Virus record (IMG/VR): IMGVR_UViG_3300046453_000063
Location: 32,001-96,000 of that record
Length of the DNA stretch: 64,000 bases
Reading direction: 5' to 3' (one strand)
Source: a virus
The position numbers were made by a program, and so were the translations under genes. Positions 49,401 through 57,934 of the stretch are shown piece after piece (the stretch's first letter is position 1; each line of letters starts with the position of its first letter). A model generated the notes under the pieces. It saw only the letters and a list, made by a program, of their open reading frames with translations. It did not search any database and had not been told where the DNA came from.

Positions 49401-52400
49401 TCATCTGCTTTAGCATTGATGAGTTTTACCATCATGTCATATTCTTGCTGCATAGCGGTAATACGATCTTTTATTGCGTCAATTGATTTGCTAGTCTTTT
49501 CTATTTCTGCTTCAATTACAGCATTCTTTTCTTCTTTTTTTGCTTTAATGAATGAATAGATAGCATCTTTGCTTAAACCAGTGACTTTGATAAAATCAGA
49601 ATATTTTTCACTTACTTCTTGAATAGTAGAGGCGGACAATTGGTTATTATCCTTTAATTCTGCTTGAGCTTTATTAAGAACATCAATTTCTTCTTTGGAA
49701 GATACAATAATTTTTGTAAAAGCAGTCATTTGTTCGTTAGAACCGCTAAGACCACCATCTAAGGCTCTTATTGCATCTTCTAGTGTGACAAATTGAGTTG
49801 AAGCTTGTTTTGCTTTATCTGCTGCTTCAGCGCTGCTCTTAGCGAATGCGTCAAGTGATGCAACAATATCTGGGTTTCCTTTAATTTGTTGAATTGACTT
49901 TAAATTTGCAATAACATTATCTAGATTGCCGCCATCGAAGAATGATACGTAACCAGCAATTCCTTGAAAATTCTTCATTAAATCATTCAATGGCTGCTTA
50001 TTTGTTATTCCAGTGATGGTTTCATATAGCTTCTTTTGTTCATCATTTAGATTAAACATTTCCGCGCCAGCTTGTTTTAACTGTTCTTTTCTTAACTCTT
50101 CGAGGTTAGCTATCTGTTTATACTCTGGTTCGATCTCTGTGATCTTATCTTTAACAGTGTTTAGAGCCAATTCCCATTCTTCAGCATTCTTCGGAATCAG
50201 AGATTGAGACGCAAATATCTCCGTATTCTTATTTCGAATCTTATCTTGAACATCCAATAGAGATTCGTAGTATTCCTTTAGACTTAAATCTGTTCCTTGT
50301 CCTCCACCATCTTGAACCTTATATCCAGTGCCAAAACCCATTCCAGATTTAAGGCTTGCTCCAAGAGTTGGTTTACTGTAACGAGTAGAGTTAGTAGAGT
50401 CAGCAATGATTTGATTTTCTTTAATCTGATCTTCTAATTTCTGCTTATTGAGGTCTTTAAGTTTCGCTATCTGATCATCATATTTACCATTAACCAGATC
50501 GAGTCCATTAGCTTCAGCACCATAAGTATCAACGAGTTTATTTTGAATCTCAAACAGCTTATCTTTAACATCGGCATTAGAGTTTATGGCATCGAAGTTT
50601 TGTTTATAATAAGATTCGGCTTCAGCAAGGGAATTTGTTAAATCATCATACTTTTTATTGCTGTCCTCAATAAGTTTATTATGCTTCTCAATAGTGCCTT
50701 CATTATTATGAAATACCATATAGAGAACAGATAATGCTGTTGCGGCTAATCCAATCCAACCAAATGCCCTTTGCAATCCAGTCATAGCAATGGCAGCAGT
50801 ATCTGCGGCTCCAGCAGTTGACTCTAGAGCAACCGTAGTTGTAAACAATGCCTTAACTGTAGACATAAGAGATGTAATTAATCCGGCAATAGCTTTAGAT
50901 TTAAAGGCCAGAAATAAGCCACTGATCAGTATAACTACATTACCAAGATTATCTAGACTTTTAATTAAGTAGGATATTGAATCAACGATACCCTTAATGA
51001 AAGAAGAATTTATGCTGCTGGTCCAGAATTTTTCTATGCTATTTTTGAGGAGATTGAGTCGCCCAGCGATGGAATTAAGGTAAGTTTCGTTCTCTCTAGC
51101 AGCAGATCCTGTACTGTTAAGGGCCGTATTAAGTGATTTCTGAGCTGTTTCAAAGTCGTTTATCAGCGAGGCTGCAATATTACCTTGAAGTTTTCCTGCA
51201 ACACTTTCCAAGATATCTGCTTTTTGGAAATCATTTAAATCCTTCCATACTCCACTCAAGTCAGAAAAAATGTCGTATGTGCTCTTAAATGTATTATCAT
51301 CTTTTTTTAGTGTCAGACCCAGAGCGGCAAATTTTTTCTCAAGGGTGGGAACGAGGCTACTTAAATCTTCGCCATCCTCACTTATTCCCCGTAAACGCAT
51401 TGAAATAGTTTTCAATGCCTGGCCTACTCTGGCAGGATCTTGAATTGTACTATTTGCCGCTGTAGCCAAAGCCACTGCTTGCTCAATTGTATTTCCAGAT
51501 TCATACATTGAAGCAGCTGAACGACGAAGCGCTTCACCAATTCCGCTAGAGGAAATTGCATATTTATTTCCGACTTCATTAAATACATCAACTATGTGTG
51601 TGATATTCTTCCCTTGAGTGTCCACTTCGAGGTTGAAACCTTTAATGGTTGAAATCAAAGACTTAGATGCTTCTTCTGCACTAGCCAAGTCACCAACGTT
51701 TTGATATACAAGCGTTTCTTTAGCAAGTGATTGTGCCTGTTGAATACTGTATCCCAATCTAGCCCATTCTGCTGATGCTTTAACTACGTCAATTGTTAGA
51801 CCGCCAATAGAGTTTGCAGTCTGATTGGCATACTCTAAAAACCGACTATACGATGCAGATGTTTCATCTGTGACTTTTTTTAAATTTGTCATCGCCGTAT
51901 CGAGTTCATATATTTGCTGGACACCACTGCGAATTGCATTAGTTATGCCAAAAAACACACTGCCAATACCCGAGTAGAGAAGGATGTTGGACATTGCAGA
52001 CTTAAGTGAGTTGCCAAAAGTACGAGTATGTCCGTTAACCTCGGTTAGATTTGAAATTGTTCTTCTGATGTCTGTATTGAGAGCAGAGAGAGGGGACTTA
52101 AAATCTCCCATATTCTTGATTGATTTTAATTTGGTCTCAAGTTCATTTAATTCAGTGATTATCTTATTGTTTCCACTATATTTATTCCTGGCATCATTAA
52201 TCTTATTTTGAGTTTCAGCAACAGACTGGGCATATTGCTGATCTCTTTTTTGATTCTGTTGTAGCGCAAGATAATGTTGCTTATCTGCTGCTTCAATTCT
52301 TTGTTGATTTGTTTGTAGGGCTTGATAATGGGCACGGTCAATAGCCTCAGCTTCTTTGGCATATTGTTGCAAAGCACGATTATCCATTTCTCTGTTTCTT

Positions 52401-53143
52401 TGAAGGGCGAGATAATGGACTTTCTCCATATCTTCTAATCGTTTAGCATTCGTGTTCAGAGCTGCAAAGTGAGCACGATCCATTGCCTCTGCTTCTTTTA
52501 GTCTTTGCTGTTCTTCTTTAAGTGCTTGATCAGCGATTGCCTTTAATTTTGCTTCTTGTTGTAGTTTGAGTTTTAAAAACTCTTCGAGTTGAGCAGATTT
52601 ATTTATATACCCATTTGCATCAGTATTAACAGTTAATGTTTGACCGGTATTAGCATTCTTATATGTATTAGTAATGCTATTTATTTCGCCAGCTTTATTT
52701 TTATTTGTTCTGGTCGAAACCTTTTCATAGCCCTCAAGTTGTGATTTTAAATCTGCCAGTGTCTTTCTCTGTGCATCGTATGCTTTATTTTCATCCTGGA
52801 CCGCTTTCTTATTGGCATCGTGTTTTATACGAGTTTTCTCAATCATCGCTCCACTTTCGAGTGTTTGCTGAGTAACTTTAGTAATACTGCCATCAAGATT
52901 TTTCATCTCAGTTATTGTTTCTTTGACAACTCTATTCTGAGACTCCATGATTGTATTAAATTTCTTAGATGCATCCACAAATCCGTTTATCGCAGAGATA
53001 AAACTTTTATCAATGTCAATTTTAAGTTCGAGTTTTTTTAGTGATGGATGGTTTGCTAGGGTAGAAATTGAGGAGTTAATGTCCTTCAAAGCTTGATCTG
53101 GCGACAACGCAGCAGAAATTAATATTTTCATATTATCAGCCAT
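46439..53143 (-). CDS. tape measure protein with NlpC/P60 domain
   Basis: 2234 aa; ELDTAMTNLKKVT core; DCSQFVQ...GDLVFF...HVGIY. Confidence 0.93.
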   Translation of the reverse strand: MADNMKILISAALSPDQALKDINSSISTLANHPSLKKLELKIDIDKSFISAINGFVDASKKFNTIMESQNRVVKETITEMKNLDGSITKVTQQTLESGAMIEKTRIKHDANKKAVQDENKAYDAQRKTLADLKSQLEGYEKVSTRTNKNKAGEINSITNTYKNANTGQTLTVNTDANGYINKSAQLEEFLKLKLQQEAKLKAIADQALKEEQQRLKEAEAMDRAHFAALNTNAKRLEDMEKVHYLALQRNREMDNRALQQYAKEAEAIDRAHYQALQTNQQRIEAADKQHYLALQQNQKRDQQYAQSVAETQNKINDARNKYSGNNKIITELNELETKLKSIKNMGDFKSPLSALNTDIRRTISNLTEVNGHTRTFGNSLKSAMSNILLYSGIGSVFFGITNAIRSGVQQIYELDTAMTNLKKVTDETSASYSRFLEYANQTANSIGGLTIDVVKASAEWARLGYSIQQAQSLAKETLVYQNVGDLASAEEASKSLISTIKGFNLEVDTQGKNITHIVDVFNEVGNKYAISSSGIGEALRRSAASMYESGNTIEQAVALATAANSTIQDPARVGQALKTISMRLRGISEDGEDLSSLVPTLEKKFAALGLTLKKDDNTFKSTYDIFSDLSGVWKDLNDFQKADILESVAGKLQGNIAASLINDFETAQKSLNTALNSTGSAARENETYLNSIAGRLNLLKNSIEKFWTSSINSSFIKGIVDSISYLIKSLDNLGNVVILISGLFLAFKSKAIAGLITSLMSTVKALFTTTVALESTAGAADTAAIAMTGLQRAFGWIGLAATALSVLYMVFHNNEGTIEKHNKLIEDSNKKYDDLTNSLAEAESYYKQNFDAINSNADVKDKLFEIQNKLVDTYGAEANGLDLVNGKYDDQIAKLKDLNKQKLEDQIKENQIIADSTNSTRYSKPTLGASLKSGMGFGTGYKVQDGGGQGTDLSLKEYYESLLDVQDKIRNKNTEIFASQSLIPKNAEEWELALNTVKDKITEIEPEYKQIANLEELRKEQLKQAGAEMFNLNDEQKKLYETITGITNKQPLNDLMKNFQGIAGYVSFFDGGNLDNVIANLKSIQQIKGNPDIVASLDAFAKSSAEAADKAKQASTQFVTLEDAIRALDGGLSGSNEQMTAFTKIIVSSKEEIDVLNKAQAELKDNNQLSASTIQEVSEKYSDFIKVTGLSKDAIYSFIKAKKEEKNAVIEAEIEKTSKSIDAIKDRITAMQQEYDMMVKLINAKADDLTVDNLRAEQRAIKSPYNDAKDELSALINKYNILTNTLSDFKTDTTESKKATDSNYDSISDTVEILTDLQKSLISIQKLRDEEENKRSRLRKGSQEYRDSLAKENKLIQEQIKLRKEGIANPSQLVSTKVTTTVKTKAGEDSSSTGSSSSSSGVSNLLASASALQGQFKYKQVAGEYKGTFDQFVEGATSDCSQFVQEMFKEFLNTTLPRTAAEQAKQGVAISKEQLQAGDLVFFNTTGKDNSHVGIYQGNGKFIQMGNSGLKESDLDSSYWSGKYQGARRVTGSSSTSTASSTTGNSTSKVGGTTVKTNGATAKEMQDASDNAVAQNTADANTIYQNNILQLDSIKEKYDRLVASAELQIEASKKVQDTLDPNSVEWRKENNKQINIQTQIQSLKAQEKSNLQAMMKELGVSSDEYDDFLIQLDTDVKDIQSDKLSGLTENINSQISASKKIISDIGNEVDVSKAKLSQFEKGTTEYNNELANQIKLTNQQRTANEDLIKFIETQTKNEKLSAATKVELKESIKELVLANYEYSTSIKDIKESYVDDVIDSYKKMVEKQKDLALKAIDKLKDAEDERHDARTKNIEKEYDDFEKVINAQQKALDDEISSDDYSTEQNKKIAERAKLQTRLDSLSKDDSIEGKAKAKELQEQIAESTEEIDKYKLDRTRELRKENLQKQLDDKKSITDTEKSIEDELNKANTKALELSTKEKEQYYTDILEDEQSYYLLKQKLLSEDSTVVTSALDDLKSKYKTFFDSIKTQIGETSKEYQNLLYTFNKDNEAITSYSGISGSGAGATTNPANTSSSSSSTKQAAWTQYLSNKQQAESIRAQMALLDKKSSQYASLESQFNNLAAQNTAYRNQYGFPDGSYEKLKNTAFSAETGGMTPAFSGGKFLLAHEKELVLDKFDTSKLLQIVNVARDIYDNFKSGFNNFNPSIATSTASSTSSTGNVYLNVKIDKLNTDESGVNTFFTKIQSEYKRRTGNK

Positions 53144-53301
53144 TATATTAAATCACTTCCTTTTTAAATTTGGGCAATAAAAAAGAAGCGATTCAACAAC
53201 GAATGCTTCTTGACTTAAAACATATATTTAGTTATTATTTATATAGAACAAAAAGCCACTTCTGATAAAGAAGAGGCTTGGGAGATATTTATATATAAAT
53301 T

Positions 53302-53796
53302 CTATTCAAAATATTTATCTAATTGCTCGTTAAGTTCCTTTTTGATTGCAATTAAATCATCGTCACTAATTTTTCTCTTTTTGCTTATCTGATATTTTTC
53401 ATCAGAGTCTTTATCTAAAAGTAAATCACCAGAAGTAGATACATTCAATATTTCTGAAATTGATTCGTGAACATCTTTGTACACCTCATATTTTTTATCA
53501 TCTGAATCTTTGAATTCTTCGACTGCTGCACCAATAAATTCATTGTATGTAGCAATTGATTCAGAGATATTTATATAATTGTTTTCAGGACCTTTCTCAT
53601 TCACTCCTTGTGATATGAAGGAGTAAGAGTCTGTTATCATTTCAACCAGGATATCATCATCTAAAAGTTTAACGTATTCAGATTTCATTTGAAGAGTGGG
53701 AGCACTAGAATTTTCTTGTTCACTACAACCACTCAATATAAAAACTCCACAAACAATTGTAATTACAAGAATTAATATCTTTCTCTGTTTCAACAT
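53302..53796 (-). CDS. lipoprotein moron
   Basis: Lipobox LSGC; flanked by terminators and own promoter-like sequence. Confidence 0.75.
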   Translation of the reverse strand: MLKQRKILILVITIVCGVFILSGCSEQENSSAPTLQMKSEYVKLLDDDILVEMITDSYSFISQGVNEKGPENNYINISESIATYNEFIGAAVEEFKDSDDKKYEVYKDVHESISEILNVSTSGDLLLDKDSDEKYQISKKRKISDDDLIAIKKELNEQLDKYFE

Positions 53797-54077
53797 ACAA
53801 AAGCACCCCCAAATTTATCCATACTATACTTAGAGTATAATGGATATGTATCAGGGATGCCATAATTTTCAATCATATGTGAAACAATATGTTGGAGATA
53901 TTATTTATTCAATTGTATTTTATTCGATCTTAAATATATTATAACCTAAATATTTAATTTGTAAACATATATTTATTAATTAAATATAATGCAAATGAAT
54001 AATTTGCAAAACTGCCAACACCTACGATTAGATGTTGACTATTTCGAGAATTATTCGATTTCCATAAATTTGATGAT

Positions 54078-54142
54078 TCAAAAACCCGCATAAACATTGG
54101 ACTTTTTAAGCGTGATTTCCTCATGAAATGATAGATTTATCA
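54078..54142. repeat. composite site with inverted accessory core
   Basis: TCAAAAAC[CCGCATAAACATTGG]ACTTTTTAAG then TCATGAAA-TGATAG-ATTTATCA. Confidence 0.75.
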
Positions 54143-54179
54143 AGTTACCTAATTATACATTTGAATATTCGGATCTTGT

Positions 54180-54422
54180 TTACACATAGGTGCTATCACC
54201 ACTCGTATATCCACCGCACCATACTTGAGGTCTAACTATTGGGTCAGGATTAAGTACGGAGGGAAGAGGAGTGACATAAACTGGGGGATGATACTCATAA
54301 ATAGGATGGACAGGAATTGTTGTGGCAGGTGGCAACTTCTTATTCTTATCAATCTCAAAAATTAGTTGAGCTATTTCCTCAACTGTTCCTTCAACTTCAA
54401 TTCCTCTAACTGTTGCTTTCAT
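54180..54422 (-). CDS. Pro-rich hypothetical protein
   Basis: AGGAG RBS; GIEVEGTVEEI. Confidence 0.65.
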   Translation of the reverse strand: MKATVRGIEVEGTVEEIAQLIFEIDKNKKLPPATTIPVHPIYEYHPPVYVTPLPSVLNPDPIVRPQVWCGGYTSGDSTYV

Positions 54423-54432
54423 TACTTATCTC

Positions 54433-55515
54433 CTATCTTTTCTTTTTACCGAACGATCCAGACGAACTTCCTTCTGGTTGTTCCGACTCATCTTTATCAA
54501 ATGTTGCATTAACATCAAATATCTTATTCTTTTCTTCTTCAAAGTCACGCAAATCATAGATCTGAGTTGTAGAGATATCATTATGATGAGCTACATATTT
54601 AGAAACAAGATGCATAGGAACTCCAGATTCAAGCAGATATGTAATACAAGAATTCTTAAAAATATGTACATTGATTCGGCGTTCAAGAATATCGGAAAGG
54701 GTGTTCATACAAAAATCATTTGCCCATGCAGAAGACATTGCTTTGGGTTCATGATCATATTTTGTAGTAAATACATATTCGCTTTCGTATCCTCTTTCAT
54801 CAATCCACTTTTTCCAATGTTTCAGAACTTCTAATTTGATCATATATTCTAGTTTTTTGCCGTCAGTCGAAGCTCCTTTTCCCCTAACAACATGAGACAT
54901 TACATAGTTCTGTCCTTCAACAACTGAATATTCGAGTATTTCAGTTTTAAACTGAATAATCTCTGCTCGTCTAGCACCAACCAGGAAGGCCGTAGCAAGC
55001 CATGCCATACCCAACCAGTTCTTATCACCTTCTAGTACACTCATCATCATGTCGTATTCTTCTTTGGTGACTTTAACCTTTTCATAAACACGATTACGGG
55101 GGATAGAAGGGAGGCCACGAGTAAAGTTTCTGAACATTTTATAGTTAGAATCATCTTCTGCTACAACATTCTCAATATAGTTGCACAAACTTGACACTAC
55201 AGACTTTCGAACGCCGATGGCAGAAGAAGACATCTTTCTGTTATCACGTATATAACTAAGATACCTAATAAAGTCACGCTTTGTAATTTCATAAAACTTC
55301 TTGTTGTTCATTGAGTTGAACATGTACCATCCGAATTGTCTCAATACACTTTTGTACTGTGATTTCGATTGAATACTCAAGTCCTGGACCGAGACGAATT
55401 CTTCTGCAAGGTTGCGATAGTCATCATTCACCTTGAGCCACATTTCTTCAGTTACTTCCTCTAATTTCTTAGCGGGTTCTCGCAACGTATTCTGCTTATT
55501 TACTTTCTTGCTCAT
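54433..55515 (-). CDS. tyrosine recombinase family protein
   Basis: SAM-like core-binding domain; GARRAEI, RGKG, HIFK (HxxK), HHNDISTTQIY. Confidence 0.88.
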   Translation of the reverse strand: MSKKVNKQNTLREPAKKLEEVTEEMWLKVNDDYRNLAEEFVSVQDLSIQSKSQYKSVLRQFGWYMFNSMNNKKFYEITKRDFIRYLSYIRDNRKMSSSAIGVRKSVVSSLCNYIENVVAEDDSNYKMFRNFTRGLPSIPRNRVYEKVKVTKEEYDMMMSVLEGDKNWLGMAWLATAFLVGARRAEIIQFKTEILEYSVVEGQNYVMSHVVRGKGASTDGKKLEYMIKLEVLKHWKKWIDERGYESEYVFTTKYDHEPKAMSSAWANDFCMNTLSDILERRINVHIFKNSCITYLLESGVPMHLVSKYVAHHNDISTTQIYDLRDFEEEKNKIFDVNATFDKDESEQPEGSSSGSFGKKKR

Positions 55516-55527
55516 TGCATCAAATCC

Positions 55528-55710
55528 TTATGTGTTTTTATGGTATATAGAAAAATTAACGATTTTATCTTCTATAATTTTTAACTTAGTTTCATTAAGC
55601 AATCTATCCCCAATTTTCTTTTGCATTTCATAAGACAAAATCTCTTCTTGACTTGCTAAAACAGTAAGTCCTTCTAAAGAATAATAGGGAATAGGAGAAG
55701 TCAGATTCAT
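55528..55710 (-). CDS. small hypothetical protein
   Basis: GGAGG RBS then ATG (MNLTSP). Confidence 0.5.
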   Translation of the reverse strand: MNLTSPIPYYSLEGLTVLASQEEILSYEMQKKIGDRLLNETKLKIIEDKIVNFSIYHKNT

Positions 55711-55730
55711 TAAATCGCCCTCCAAAATGT

Positions 55731-55752
55731 TTATTAAATAACCATTTCATCA
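55731..55752. repeat. 8-6-8 palindromic site
   Basis: TTATTAAA-TAACCA-TTTCATCA overlapping the HNH stop codon. Confidence 0.6.
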
Positions 55753-56889
55753 AAACTTGTTTTTAAGTCCATTACTATTTATGAAGTAATATATAAGACA
55801 AACATTTTTAAAATTTATTTTTTTCTTATGTATTCTTCTTGATATAAAATCTCCGAGATCTTTATTTGATTTTGAATTATTGCATGACTTACATGCTGGA
55901 ATTATATTGTTTTTAGTATACCCACCTTTTTTACTAATAGGGATGATGTGCTCTTGTTCAAGTGATTTGCCAGTTTTATCTAAGCATTCTTCATTGCTAA
56001 TTCCACAGTAAGCACATGAGTTGTTGAAGTATATTAAAGTTTCCGCATATTCATCAGTGGTTAAGTCATGAACTGTATTATTTTTCAATGATCTTCTCTT
56101 TTTTGCAAACTTAAGTTTTGACTTCTTAACGTCATCTCTTTGATGATATATTTTTCTCTTTTTTCTGGAACAATCTTCACATTTATTATATTTACTATAT
56201 TCTTCATCGGAAATCATTTTATTGCATTGACAACAAATCTTATATCCTTTTGGCAAAGTATCTTTATAAACCTTGTTTGGTCTGTCTACTCCGTAATCAA
56301 ACCCTCTACATTTTTTACATTTAGTTGATCCATTATCTCTATTATTTTTTTTGAAAAAGTAATAATCGTTGTCAGGTAATTCAACGTTGCATCCGTGACA
56401 TACTTTGTAATCATCTCGTATGCAGAATGACGATCTACAATCATTGAGACTATATAGATTAAATTTTGACGTTTCTCTCATACATTCCTTGCAACGACTT
56501 ACAAACCCCGTCTTCTGATTACATTTACCATTAGTTGGATTAAAATAGAATATATTTAACGGCAATACCCTATCGCATTTATTACAATAATGTTGACCAT
56601 TTTTATTAAAATTGGCATTTGCATTTCTACCCCACGAGTAGCTTGCGCCAGACTCACACTTTTTACATTGACTATGTAGTCTATGGTTTCCACTAGACTG
56701 AAAGTAGTATGTTGTTGCAGGTAATTTTTGTTTACATGTACAACACACATTTAACTCGCTATTCGCAATTAATTTTTCACTTTCTTTAACAAAATCATTG
56801 CGTATATGGAATATTAGTTTTCTAAATTGAGTCTTGTCGTCCAGTTCCCACGAAAAATACTCGTCTAGATTGGGTTGTTCTTGTTTCAA
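55750..56889 (-). CDS. HNH endonuclease with zinc-finger repeats
   Basis: CAYCG, EHIIPISKKGG...NIIPACKSCNNSK. Confidence 0.88.
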   Translation of the reverse strand: MKQEQPNLDEYFSWELDDKTQFRKLIFHIRNDFVKESEKLIANSELNVCCTCKQKLPATTYYFQSSGNHRLHSQCKKCESGASYSWGRNANANFNKNGQHYCNKCDRVLPLNIFYFNPTNGKCNQKTGFVSRCKECMRETSKFNLYSLNDCRSSFCIRDDYKVCHGCNVELPDNDYYFFKKNNRDNGSTKCKKCRGFDYGVDRPNKVYKDTLPKGYKICCQCNKMISDEEYSKYNKCEDCSRKKRKIYHQRDDVKKSKLKFAKKRRSLKNNTVHDLTTDEYAETLIYFNNSCAYCGISNEECLDKTGKSLEQEHIIPISKKGGYTKNNIIPACKSCNNSKSNKDLGDFISRRIHKKKINFKNVCLIYYFINSNGLKNKF

Positions 56890-56965
56890 TATTTGCTATC
56901 CTCCTATACATAAAACAGATATCTCAAGAACACAGATATGCATAAAATTTTTTGATTCTACCATT

Positions 56966-57409
56966 TTATTTTCGTGTATTAATCCCTAATCTTTTTAACC
57001 CTTTAACAATAGCATGTTCAACGCTGCCATCATTACGCAACTCGTCTCTGGTCGTTTCTACAAATGGACGGCCTTTGTGCGTATAGGGGAAAGACCAATC
57101 TTCGTTATAACCCACACCAGTTTCAACAATTACTGATACGTTTCGATTGTCGTCCATGCGGTGTGACTCAATGGAGACTGTATTATTGTCAATCATTTCA
57201 ACAATAATATTAGCGTCATCCATTAAGCCGCCATTTTCTCTTAGTCGCTTATATATTACAGGCTCTTCATATACATCATAGACCTCGGATTGAATATTTT
57301 CTTTCATCTTTGGCCTGACTAGCTTTTCACCAACATCTTCTTTGAGTGTTTTGGGCAATACTTGCTGGTTTATATATTTGGCTAAATCGTTGACATTTTT
57401 AAAGTTCAT
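56966..57409 (-). CDS. tail-completion (HK97 gp10-like) protein
   Basis: VYDVYEEP, YKR, RPFVETT; position in tail operon. Confidence 0.6.
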   Translation of the reverse strand: MNFKNVNDLAKYINQQVLPKTLKEDVGEKLVRPKMKENIQSEVYDVYEEPVIYKRLRENGGLMDDANIIVEMIDNNTVSIESHRMDDNRNVSVIVETGVGYNEDWSFPYTHKGRPFVETTRDELRNDGSVEHAIVKGLKRLGINTRK

Positions 57410-57896
57410 CAGAATCAACTTCTACGTTTTCGGCTGTTTTTGCTTCTTGTAATGCTGCTTGAATTGCAAGTTCTGCTGTTGCTTCACCAATACCCTTTGA
57501 TACTTGTTCAAGTTTGGCTTTTACTTTCTCAATCTGATCCTTTGGAATATGATTATATACTTCGACTAGGATTCCATTATCAAGCAGATTATGTGTAAAT
57601 TTAATCAAGTTAGGAATATCATTTTTCTTCGGAATAGGAAGATCGGTGAACTCTCTAAGAATCAATGTATCCAGAAGTACAACGGTATTTTTAATTGTCT
57701 CATTGGTCACATTTTCACTTTTCTTCAAGTCTTCAAGGAGTCCAATGTAAGTCATAACCACATTCTCAATCAATGATTCACGGAAACTGGTATGAATAGA
57801 TACTTCATATTGACCATCAAGAATATGTGCTTTTTTAAGTTCATTGAATTTTGAACTAAGTTTATTTAACTCAGCAGCAGTAAGTTTTTTAGTCAT
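57399..57896 (-). CDS. putative tail assembly chaperone
   Basis: Between tail tube and tape measure; ILREFTDL. Confidence 0.55.
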   Translation of the reverse strand: MTKKLTAAELNKLSSKFNELKKAHILDGQYEVSIHTSFRESLIENVVMTYIGLLEDLKKSENVTNETIKNTVVLLDTLILREFTDLPIPKKNDIPNLIKFTHNLLDNGILVEVYNHIPKDQIEKVKAKLEQVSKGIGEATAELAIQAALQEAKTAENVEVDSDEL

Positions 57897-57934
57897 TTAT
57901 TTAATTCACTCCCATTAATATATTTATTTAATTA

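Noticed and set aside
56966-57896. Programmed frameshift in the tail chaperone
   Set aside because: No clear slippery heptamer at the overlap; the downstream ORF resembles a separate tail-completion protein.
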